From Bdellovibrionales bacterium (GTDB taxonomy: Bacteria > Bdellovibrionota > Bdellovibrionia > Bdellovibrionales > UBA1609): DNA of 64,000 bases. The translations under genes and the position numbers were made by a program. Positions 9,218-17,451 of this stretch are shown piece after piece (the first letter of the stretch is position 1; each line of letters starts with the position of its first letter). The stretch covers positions 43,580-107,579 of the forward strand of contig JAWLHR010000010.1 in the NCBI GenBank assembly GCA_041690295.1, given 5' to 3'. The notes under the pieces are model-generated. The model searched no databases. It worked only from the letters and a program-made list of their open reading frames with translations, and was not told where the DNA came from.

Positions 9218-12200
9218 GGCGTGACCTCCTTAACCAACATGCGACGGAGTTGTTCGATTCGGTTCGCCGCCAGTTCGGGATGTTTTTCAATGTCCTGCAT
9301 GATCCGGCGAGTGAGGGCGGCGATTTTATTTCCGGTCGTCGTGGTGCCGTAAAACTTGTCCATTTCTTTGAGGAACCAATGGCGAAGTTGATCGTCAAAG
9401 TGTTTGAAATTCAGATTCACTTGGTACTGGGACGTTTGACCGGTGGAATGCCAGACGCGTTCATAAAAAGATTTGAGCAGCGGACTTTTATCCATCTTGG
9501 TCCAAATCGGTGACAGCGACTGATACATATTGAAAATGGAATTTTTCAATTCGAGATATTCATAAGTGGCAATCTGTCCATTGGCATATTGCGCTTCAAG
9601 ACGACCGAGAGTGTCGGCCAAGAGATCAGGGTTTTTGGCGGATGAGGGTGTAAGCCCCAATTTTTTATACGCCTCTTGGAATCGGGCATCGAACTTGGCC
9701 CATTTGCGGGCCTCTTTCCACACCATTCGCTCTATGCGGAAATAGGATTGCCGCGCGTAATGCGTGACCAATTCCGCCACGCGAGGGTCCTTTTGACTGC
9801 GCGCGATCCGCAAGCTTTCCCGATAAGCTTCACCCAGCGACTGCTCACCCATCGAGGCGCCTTCGCGTAGGTTTAATGTTCTCAGATCCTCGCGCAGACG
9901 GGAAAGTTCCCGTTGACCTAATCCCTGCAAGCGTTCACCCACAACGCGGTTAAGCATGTGAAAGCCGCCGAAGATCACCGCCAGCAAGGCCACCTGACTG
10001 ACGGCTTGGAAGCGGGCGTAGTTGCGGATTTGCGTCTGGCGCGTGACATCGGAATGGAGAGCCACGCAGGGCCCGGACGCATTACATGAGAAGTAATTTC
10101 TCAAAGTCTCCACGCGTTTCGCATCGGTGACGAAGCCGCGATAAGCGGGCTCACCCACACCGATGAAAATGGAGCCCCAAATGAGAGGCGTCAGGCGCGA
10201 AAGATTAATGCCGAAGATCGGAGATAAAGTTTTACTGACCATGTCCGCGGCTTTGGCCACCGGCATGAAGCGCATTCCGAAAATCTGAGCCAGATAAAAG
10301 GTGGCCAGAATCAGCATGGCGTTACCGGACCAGTTGTAAAACTGCCGCCACTCGTTTTCCCAGAATCCCGGTAAGAGCAGTTCCTGGCGAATCTTTTCGT
10401 AATACCCTTTGGCCGAACTGAACGAGGAAAGAACCAGAGCCAGCTGTGACGTACGGCCGATGATTGTTTTTAATTCCTCGTCCATGCCATCAACGGGGTT
10501 GCGGCTGTTTTCAATTTTGCGCACATATTGATCGAGACGGATCAAATTCTTTTCCGCCTGACGGGCGGCCGCGGTGATTTGCGGATCCACCAAAGCCGAA
10601 ATGTCGCCGGTTTCCGGTTGTTCGGCCAACACCTGCCAAAGAGGTTGTCCTGACACTTCAAATCCGAGGATCGGCGCTCCCGCGAAGAGATCATTCTTCA
10701 ACGCGTCCTGATAGGTGCGTAACTCGGACCCGATGAAGTTGGAAAACCACCGGTCACGCAAACCCAGTTGTTCGGCCGTCGGAGACTTTTTCTGTTCTTC
10801 GGACAGTTTTTCGTAAACGTTAAACTTAAGGATTTCACCGATTGAGAGAAGATCGGAAACATCTTTTTTGCGGATGTCGGCGTTTTGACTCAGGGCCTGT
10901 AGATATTCCTGAGCGATAATTCCATTGAGTTTTGTCGGTGCGAACCGGATTTCTCCCTTGATGGAAATCAGTTCGTCGATATCGAGTCCATTCATTTTGG
11001 GCAACTCATAGGCCTCAAGAATCGTGAGTAGCGCGGACTTATAGGTGGAATATCCGTCTTGATAGGTTTGCGCTTGGCCGATTTGGGCAAGGACGTTTTG
11101 GGCCATCGCTGACGGCGCCAAGGCTTCGATCTCGGGCTGCTTGGCGGCGAGAAGAGTTTGCAAACGAATTTCTTTGGTGGCGAAATCCTTGAGCTCGCGG
11201 GCCTCATGGCGCAGATGGTTGTGAAAATCCAGGCGCTGTTTTTTCCGCATCTCAGCGCGTGTAACGCTGGCCGCGCGGCTGACGGCCGCCTGTAAGGATG
11301 GGAGCTTCGTGAGTTCATCGGCGAAATTCTTCGCGGCCTCATCGAGGATCTGTTCCAACTGAGCGCGATAGTTCGAAGTCAGGTCATGCATCGGCCCGAC
11401 GAAGATCAACCAGCGCAAGGAAAGCCGTTTGGCGAAGTAAAGATGGCGATGTAACTCGCGAGCGGGGTCGCGAATATCCCAAAGCCGGAGAACTCCGTTC
11501 AAGGCCGCCAGGAAGGCTTGGGCTTCGTCCTTGCGAATGCCTTCGAGATTGATCCCTTCCATCTGGCCGCCGGTCATCTGGTAATAGCGGCGCCAAAAAT
11601 CTTCATTGAGCACGAATCCCGAGCCCGCGCCTTCGAGTTCCTTGAGTCCGTTTTTCACCGCTTCTTCGAGAATGGCTTTTTGCTCCTTCAACTGCTGATT
11701 GAGGCTCACCCGGTTCATCAGGTCCCGCTTCACCTTGAAGCTGGGGAAACGGAGTTTCCAAGAAAGCTCCGGTTCGGGCATGTGATCCGCCTCGCGGCTT
11801 AACTCATTGGTGATATAGGCGGCCTCATACAAACGGTGGGCGGCGAAATGGGTGGCGAAGAGAACCGTGTTTTTGGTGTTGATTTGAGTGAGGAATCTCT
11901 GGCGTTCGGCGCGTTCGATAAAATCCGGATTCACTTCGAACTTCAATAATTGGCGGCCGTTTTGATCCTCAAGGCGGGTGCGCATGGGAAAATTGAGAGT
12001 GAGGCCGCTTTCCGTGTCGCCGTTTGAAGCCAAAGCCGTGAGCGAGGCGGTTTCAAAAAATTTAAGTTGGTCCAGGTGATCCAACGGGATCTGAATGGAA
12101 TAACGGGTGTCCCATTCTTCGGGCAGCAGGGGTTGGCCGAGATAAACATTGAGCCCCTCATAGCGAGTGACGGCGTCGTAAAACGCCTTGATCTCACCGA

Positions 12201-12525
12201 GAGCGAAAAGTTCCTTGTCCGGATCGCGAATGGCGGTGAGTCGCGCCGGAAAGGTTTGGGAAATGCCACGATGAAGTTCGCCGAGTCGGGCTTCAATGGC
12301 CTGCAACTCGCTTCGGTTCGGTAAACCGAATCGGGCCAGTTGCGGAACATTCGGATAATAAGCCCGGTCAATCAATCGTTCGATATCGATGATCAAGTTC
12401 GTGGCGCGCGATAGAGCGCTTTCCTCTTCCGCGCCGTTGGTTTGCGCGTGAACCGGAGCGGGGAGAATCGTCAGCGGCGCAAACGTCAAACTCCAGCTTA
12501 AGGCGAAGCAAAGGAGACGCTTCAT
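9214..12525 (-). CDS. Large secreted helical protein with C-proximal hydrophobic helices (operon gene 3)
   Basis: 1103 aa; ATGA overlap; signal peptide ending ..APVHA; 3 hydrophobic segments near the C-terminal third. Confidence 0.85.
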   Translation of the reverse strand: MKRLLCFALSWSLTFAPLTILPAPVHAQTNGAEEESALSRATNLIIDIERLIDRAYYPNVPQLARFGLPNRSELQAIEARLGELHRGISQTFPARLTAIRDPDKELFALGEIKAFYDAVTRYEGLNVYLGQPLLPEEWDTRYSIQIPLDHLDQLKFFETASLTALASNGDTESGLTLNFPMRTRLEDQNGRQLLKFEVNPDFIERAERQRFLTQINTKNTVLFATHFAAHRLYEAAYITNELSREADHMPEPELSWKLRFPSFKVKRDLMNRVSLNQQLKEQKAILEEAVKNGLKELEGAGSGFVLNEDFWRRYYQMTGGQMEGINLEGIRKDEAQAFLAALNGVLRLWDIRDPARELHRHLYFAKRLSLRWLIFVGPMHDLTSNYRAQLEQILDEAAKNFADELTKLPSLQAAVSRAASVTRAEMRKKQRLDFHNHLRHEARELKDFATKEIRLQTLLAAKQPEIEALAPSAMAQNVLAQIGQAQTYQDGYSTYKSALLTILEAYELPKMNGLDIDELISIKGEIRFAPTKLNGIIAQEYLQALSQNADIRKKDVSDLLSIGEILKFNVYEKLSEEQKKSPTAEQLGLRDRWFSNFIGSELRTYQDALKNDLFAGAPILGFEVSGQPLWQVLAEQPETGDISALVDPQITAAARQAEKNLIRLDQYVRKIENSRNPVDGMDEELKTIIGRTSQLALVLSSFSSAKGYYEKIRQELLLPGFWENEWRQFYNWSGNAMLILATFYLAQIFGMRFMPVAKAADMVSKTLSPIFGINLSRLTPLIWGSIFIGVGEPAYRGFVTDAKRVETLRNYFSCNASGPCVALHSDVTRQTQIRNYARFQAVSQVALLAVIFGGFHMLNRVVGERLQGLGQRELSRLREDLRTLNLREGASMGEQSLGEAYRESLRIARSQKDPRVAELVTHYARQSYFRIERMVWKEARKWAKFDARFQEAYKKLGLTPSSAKNPDLLADTLGRLEAQYANGQIATYEYLELKNSIFNMYQSLSPIWTKMDKSPLLKSFYERVWHSTGQTSQYQVNLNFKHFDDQLRHWFLKEMDKFYGTTTTGNKIAALTRRIMQDIEKHPELAANRIEQLRRMLVKEVTP

Positions 12526-14378
12526 TGTCCATCTCCTTCCATCGCCAAACGGCCGAAGAGCGCGAGCGCGATTTGATGCTCGTTAATGCCCATGGTGTAG
12601 ACGTGATCAAAAAAGGATCTCGCGCCAAGCTGAATGGCTTTTTGTTGCTCTTCGGAGTCGAAATGCATTCCGTATTGGTCACGGATCTCCGGGTGAAGTG
12701 CCGCGTACTGAATGGACAAAACGTCGCGGGCGGTTTCCGCCACCTCGATCTCCGTCTTTAAGAGTGAAGCGAGCGGGGCGGGGAACTGTAAATTCACGTC
12801 ATTGCGAAGCGAGGTTAAATGATCGATGTCCCGATTGTAAAACCCGAGGACTTGACCGGACATTTGCGCGAGAACGCTTTTCCCCTCATTGATAATGGCT
12901 TTGGCTTTTTCGAGCTTGCGGAGTTGTGTTTCATGGGGGATTTCGCAATTCGAAGAGCGGCAGAATTTTTCTCGCGCGGATTTGAGAGTTAAGATTTCCC
13001 CATTTTCGTTGACGGTCAAAGCGTCGCGGAATTCGGATTTTTGAATCACATGGCGGATCAGTTCCACCGTGGTTTCGGCGTCATCGACCTTCTGGCTCAG
13101 CTCGAAATATTTTTCCACCGCCACGTTCGCCCAGTTTTCGCGGTTCTTACGTAACATGGGAAGAATTCGGCGGAAACGGGTTTCCCACGGAGTTCTGTAA
13201 CCGGGTTGAAAACGACGATCCAAGCTGAAGGCTTGCGCGGTGACACCGAGGTGATAATCCGTGATGGCGTGGGATTGCGAAGCCATCCACGCGCGCGCGT
13301 TCTGAATCAATTCGGTTAAGCGGGCGCCGATTTCAAGATCGGGAAAATAAATCGACGCGTAGGAAATTCCCGCGCCGAAAGCGGTGGCGACGAAGAGACT
13401 CGCCGCCCAGATCGAAACGCTTGAAAGTCCCGCGGCGGTCGCGGCGGCCGCACCCGCCGAACTTCCGACGTTCATCGCGGCGATCAACAAACCTAAATTC
13501 ACGATCAACTCGCCACGGGCCACACCAAAGCGCCAGCCATTGTAAAGCCAGGTGTTGCGAAGCTCGGGGTCAACCAGAAGAATATTTCGCATGTTCTGAA
13601 AGATTTCCGCCGCGAGCCGGCCTTCCTCCGTCTGTTTGAATGCGTGCCATTCACCGCTCAGCCATTTCTCAACCGCGCGACCGAAAAGCCCATGGGCCAT
13701 TTCGAGCCGTGTTTTATTGATCGCGCCGTTTTGAAGAGCGGCCACATTGGCCGCTTGAGTCCAAAGTTGGCCGGTCATGATGAAACCACCGACCATGAGG
13801 AACGAGGCGGCCATGGTGCCGATCGTTTGAATCAACACCGCCCGTGAGGGATTGGACTTGAGCAAAAAGTTGAGCGCCTGCAGGGCCGTGAACTGGGTGC
13901 CGATGCGAACGGCGGCTCCGCCCGCGACACCAATCCAAAACTCTCCGGAACATAAGATTTCTTTGTGCACGCTGGCCGGGCCCTGGCAAAAAAGATCCTC
14001 GGCGGCCTTCATCGTGTGCTTTTTCACATTTTCATATTCAAGCTTTTGACCGGCGAGCAGCTCTTCTTTTTCGATACGATCACGGGCGAGCTGGGCGGCC
14101 GCGGCCATGTACATGATGATCGCGCCTTGGAGGACATCGTAGACCAGAGTGAATCCGGCCTCGCGGCCGACGGAGGCCAAAACTTTCGCCGCTTTTTCAC
14201 TTAAGGCGCGTGAATTCCCGCCATATCGGGTGAGGACGACGGTGTTCGCCAAAGCGCCATTTTGCAGGCGTAAAACATCCTGAGGGGTGACCCGGCGGGC
14301 GGCGGACGAGTGCGCCAGAGTCGGCTGGGCCGCCAGGAGCGCACTCATGATAAAACTAATCGCCGCTTTCCACGCCAT
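12522..14378 (-). CDS. Secreted protein with multiple Ala/Gly-rich hydrophobic helices and coiled coil (operon gene 2)
   Basis: 618 aa; signal peptide ..LLAAQPTLA; long hydrophobic hairpin LIVNLGLLIAAM..AAGLSSVSIWAASLFVATAFGAGISYA. Confidence 0.85.
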   Translation of the reverse strand: MAWKAAISFIMSALLAAQPTLAHSSAARRVTPQDVLRLQNGALANTVVLTRYGGNSRALSEKAAKVLASVGREAGFTLVYDVLQGAIIMYMAAAAQLARDRIEKEELLAGQKLEYENVKKHTMKAAEDLFCQGPASVHKEILCSGEFWIGVAGGAAVRIGTQFTALQALNFLLKSNPSRAVLIQTIGTMAASFLMVGGFIMTGQLWTQAANVAALQNGAINKTRLEMAHGLFGRAVEKWLSGEWHAFKQTEEGRLAAEIFQNMRNILLVDPELRNTWLYNGWRFGVARGELIVNLGLLIAAMNVGSSAGAAAATAAGLSSVSIWAASLFVATAFGAGISYASIYFPDLEIGARLTELIQNARAWMASQSHAITDYHLGVTAQAFSLDRRFQPGYRTPWETRFRRILPMLRKNRENWANVAVEKYFELSQKVDDAETTVELIRHVIQKSEFRDALTVNENGEILTLKSAREKFCRSSNCEIPHETQLRKLEKAKAIINEGKSVLAQMSGQVLGFYNRDIDHLTSLRNDVNLQFPAPLASLLKTEIEVAETARDVLSIQYAALHPEIRDQYGMHFDSEEQQKAIQLGARSFFDHVYTMGINEHQIALALFGRLAMEGDGQ

Positions 14379-14390
14379 CGCGACTCCGTA

Positions 14391-16955
14391 TTACCTGCGA
14401 CCGCGGCGGATCACGCGAGCCGTGGCGTTACGAACCATGATATCCGGATCAAACTTCCTGAAGTAACGGGGGCGCGTTTCCGGAGTGAGTTCTTGTCCGC
14501 GTTGGGCGAGACGGTTTCGAATCTGGTTGAGCCGGTCGTCACGCCACTTATCGCCTTCACTCACGGCGCGGGCGTAGATCTTGTTATCGGCGATCACGAA
14601 ATCAAAGCGTCCGTCTTTGAAGTCCACCAGCACGACATCGCCGGATTTGAATTTACGGCTGACCGCCAGGTAATCCACGGGCGCCCGGATCTGTCCTTTA
14701 ATTGTATTCACGATTCTTCGCGCGCCTTCGGTGGGACTGTAGGCCCGTTTCAACGCTTCCACCGCGGACTCGGAAAGCACGAGACGAACGCCGTCGATGA
14801 GTCGCAGTTCGCGCGCGTAAGCCTTGATTTGATCGTGGACGATTTGTTCGACCACTTCGGGCGTGTGATTGTTGGTGGTCATGATGTCGTTGAAGCGCGC
14901 GACCTCGGCCTCGCTCCACATCGCGCGAAGCTCGGCTTTGACGGCTTCATTGCGCAGCTCGTGCAAAGGCAGATTTTCGATTCGGGAAACCAGTCCCGGC
15001 GCGTGTTCGGTGAAAAACTGGATCAGTTCGGCGCGATTCATTTGCGTGAAACGCTCACCCGCGTTGGTGGTGAAGATCATGATACAGTCGTCGAACATGA
15101 CCGTTCGGCCTTGGCCGTCGGTCAATCGCGCATCGTCCATGAGTCCCATCAACGCCCTCATCACGTTGGGATGGGCTTTTTCGATTTCGTCGAAAAGGAT
15201 CACGCGGAACGGCCGCTCGCGCACGGGCTCGGTGAGTTCGCCGCCGGCTTCATAACCGACATAGCCGGGAGGCGCCCCGATGAGGCGATCCACGGAGTGC
15301 GCGGATTGATAGATGTTCATGTCGAAGCGGAGCATGTCTTTTTCAGCGATTCCCAAAGTTTTCGCCAATTGTTTGGCGAATTCCGTTTTACCCGTACCGG
15401 TACGGCCGGCCAAAAGAGCGACCCAGATGGGCTTTCGCTTGGGTTCCTCGCCATGGAGTCGGGCCAAGGCTTCCTGACGGCGGCGGTTCTCGCGATAGGA
15501 GGCGAGAGCCAGAGCGGCCCGGTCGATAATGTGGTCCTGATTGCGAATGACGGTTTTGATCTGGTCGATGTTTTTGACCGCTTCTTCAATGTTCACGGCC
15601 AGGGCGGAAACGGGGATTTTAAGAATATCAGCGGCCACCAGTTGAATTTGTTTGGGGCCGACCATGGTCGGCGGCTTTTCGGCCTGCACGGATTCAAGTT
15701 GCACAAGCTTCAGCTCGCGAATTCTCTCGTTGAGCTTGACGATCATTTCTTTTTCGAAGGTGGTGTCGGGCCGGTTCAAAATTCCGCGGCCTTGTTCTTT
15801 AGCCTGACGGATTTGCTCAACTTCGGCGAGTTGCATTTCGAGAGTGGTGATCTCCCGGGCCGTGTCGGCAACCGGCGTTTGCAGTTCGCCGAGCCGTTGT
15901 TGCAATTTGGTGGCTTCCGCTTGCAATTCCGCGAGACGGCGGCTTTGTTCCGCGTTTCGCTGGATCTGCAAATCCTCGGCGATGGAGGCCATTTCCGCTT
16001 CCACCTGGGAGAGCTGGGTTTTTAGTTTCGCGGCTTCGGTGCCGTCTTGTTGTTCCGCCCGCACGCGTTGCCCGGCCTGGCGAACGAGGGTCTCGGCGAA
16101 ATCAAAAGGGGAATTCGCCTTGTAACGGATCGCGAGTCGCGCGGCCTCGGTCAGCGACGCATCGGAAACGTGAATGCCCAGCTGGCGGCGAAGATCGGGC
16201 TTGATCCGGCGCAAGTGGGTGATCACCGCATCGTAGGTGGCGGATTTAATTTCCACCGTGGTGACGCGTTCATAGATCACTTTGTTATTGAAGAAGTTTT
16301 GCGCGTGGGTTTGCGCATCCATCTCGAGAATCATCGGCAGCTGACGGCCGCCGGCGATGGCCTCGATCAAAGCGCCGACCGGGCGGAGTTGCTCGAACGC
16401 GCCCTGGGCGAGATAGCCGGTGTTTTCGACGTAAAGAATCACCTGACCGGTGGTGGTGTTGCGAGCGGTCTGCTCCAGATGGAGGATCACGCTCTTGAGC
16501 ATGCGTGTTTGATCTTCCTTGCTGCGCAACTCGAAAAACTTATCCATCTTCAGGCGGTAAACGGGATTTTGCGGGTTTTGGAGGATGTACTGGTGAACCA
16601 AAGTCGTCTTACCCGATTTGGGATCGCCGACCACAAGAGCCGTTCGGGCTTTCTCGTCCAGCGCCAACTGCAGTTGCACAAGCTCGGTTTCGCGTCCAAT
16701 GGCGGGTTGGATTCGTCCCTCTTCCGCTTGGCGGAGCACCCGGTGGGTCATGTTTTCCACGTAATCTTCAGCGCCGGCCAATATTCCGGCATCCGTCAGC
16801 GTTCCCGGTGGCTGGTTGGCGGGCCGGCTGGCCCCTGTCTGAGTGGGCGGCTGAGCCCCAACCTCAAAAGACAAAAAGCTAAGCAGAAGTGCCGAGAATA
16901 GGACCGCAACGAACCCGATTCGAACCCAGGATCGAAACCAAGCGAGATTCATCAT
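14391..16955 (-). CDS. ClpB/Hsp100-family AAA+ ATPase with an N-terminal signal peptide instead of Clp_N repeats
   Basis: D1: IGRETE, GDPKSGKT. Coiled-coil M domain. D2: GRTGTGKT, RLIGAPPGYVGY, VILFDEIEKAHP, GAR. N-terminus is a basic + hydrophobic segment ending VGA. Confidence 0.9.
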   Translation of the reverse strand: MMNLAWFRSWVRIGFVAVLFSALLLSFLSFEVGAQPPTQTGASRPANQPPGTLTDAGILAGAEDYVENMTHRVLRQAEEGRIQPAIGRETELVQLQLALDEKARTALVVGDPKSGKTTLVHQYILQNPQNPVYRLKMDKFFELRSKEDQTRMLKSVILHLEQTARNTTTGQVILYVENTGYLAQGAFEQLRPVGALIEAIAGGRQLPMILEMDAQTHAQNFFNNKVIYERVTTVEIKSATYDAVITHLRRIKPDLRRQLGIHVSDASLTEAARLAIRYKANSPFDFAETLVRQAGQRVRAEQQDGTEAAKLKTQLSQVEAEMASIAEDLQIQRNAEQSRRLAELQAEATKLQQRLGELQTPVADTAREITTLEMQLAEVEQIRQAKEQGRGILNRPDTTFEKEMIVKLNERIRELKLVQLESVQAEKPPTMVGPKQIQLVAADILKIPVSALAVNIEEAVKNIDQIKTVIRNQDHIIDRAALALASYRENRRRQEALARLHGEEPKRKPIWVALLAGRTGTGKTEFAKQLAKTLGIAEKDMLRFDMNIYQSAHSVDRLIGAPPGYVGYEAGGELTEPVRERPFRVILFDEIEKAHPNVMRALMGLMDDARLTDGQGRTVMFDDCIMIFTTNAGERFTQMNRAELIQFFTEHAPGLVSRIENLPLHELRNEAVKAELRAMWSEAEVARFNDIMTTNNHTPEVVEQIVHDQIKAYARELRLIDGVRLVLSESAVEALKRAYSPTEGARRIVNTIKGQIRAPVDYLAVSRKFKSGDVVLVDFKDGRFDFVIADNKIYARAVSEGDKWRDDRLNQIRNRLAQRGQELTPETRPRYFRKFDPDIMVRNATARVIRRGRR

Positions 16956-16982
16956 ATGTATGCCTCCAAAGGCTTTGCTGGG

Positions 16983-17026
16983 AGCGAATGGTATGCCATG
17001 CGAAAAAGGAGGTTAACCCATTGAAA
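16983..17026 (-). promoter_or_regulatory. Putative sigma54 (-24/-12) promoter with upstream IHF-like site
   Basis: Minus strand TGGCATACCATTCGCT = GG-N10-GC (16997-16984). TTTCAATGGGTTA at 17026-17014 has 1 mismatch to IHF WATCAANNNNTTR. GGAGG SD at 16967-16963. Confidence 0.6.
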
Positions 17027-17100
17027 TTACGGAAAGAGCAACGCCATCGGCGCGCGCCGTGGACAATTTTTGTTACAGCCGGGTAAATACTTCAGATGGG

Positions 17101-17442
17101 CTATCCCGGCGGCCAGGTCATTTGCCGGCCACCGAGCACATGCACATGAATGTGCGGCACCGTTTGTCCGCCCTGGGGGCCGATGTTGATCACCAACCGG
17201 TAGCCGTCCTCGGAAATCCCATGCTGGCGGGCGACCTCGGCGGCGACCCAGAGCAGGTGCCCCAGTATCGGTTTATCCTCCGGCGTGGCGTCCGCCACGG
17301 AGGGAATTTCTTTTTTCGGTATCACCAGAAAATGTTTCGGCGCCTGCGGTTGAATGTCGACGAGTACGAAACAAAGATCGTCTTGATGGACGATCGTTCC
17401 TTGAAGTTCCCCGTTTAGAATCCTGGTGAAAAGACTCGCCAT
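17101..17442 (-). CDS. hinT: HIT family nucleotide-binding protein
   Basis: DIQPQAPKHFLVIPK; GQTVPHIHVHVLGGR histidine triad. Confidence 0.9.
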   Translation of the reverse strand: MASLFTRILNGELQGTIVHQDDLCFVLVDIQPQAPKHFLVIPKKEIPSVADATPEDKPILGHLLWVAAEVARQHGISEDGYRLVINIGPQGGQTVPHIHVHVLGGRQMTWPPG

Positions 17443-17451
17443 TAGAACTCC

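Noticed and set aside
14310..16901. Long plus-strand ORFs (571 and 284 aa)
   Set aside because: Antisense shadows of the ClpB-like gene, with no motifs of their own
14391..16955. Calling the ATPase ClpV (T6SS) or canonical clpB
   Set aside because: No tss genes nearby, no Clp_N domain, signal peptide present and D1 degenerate
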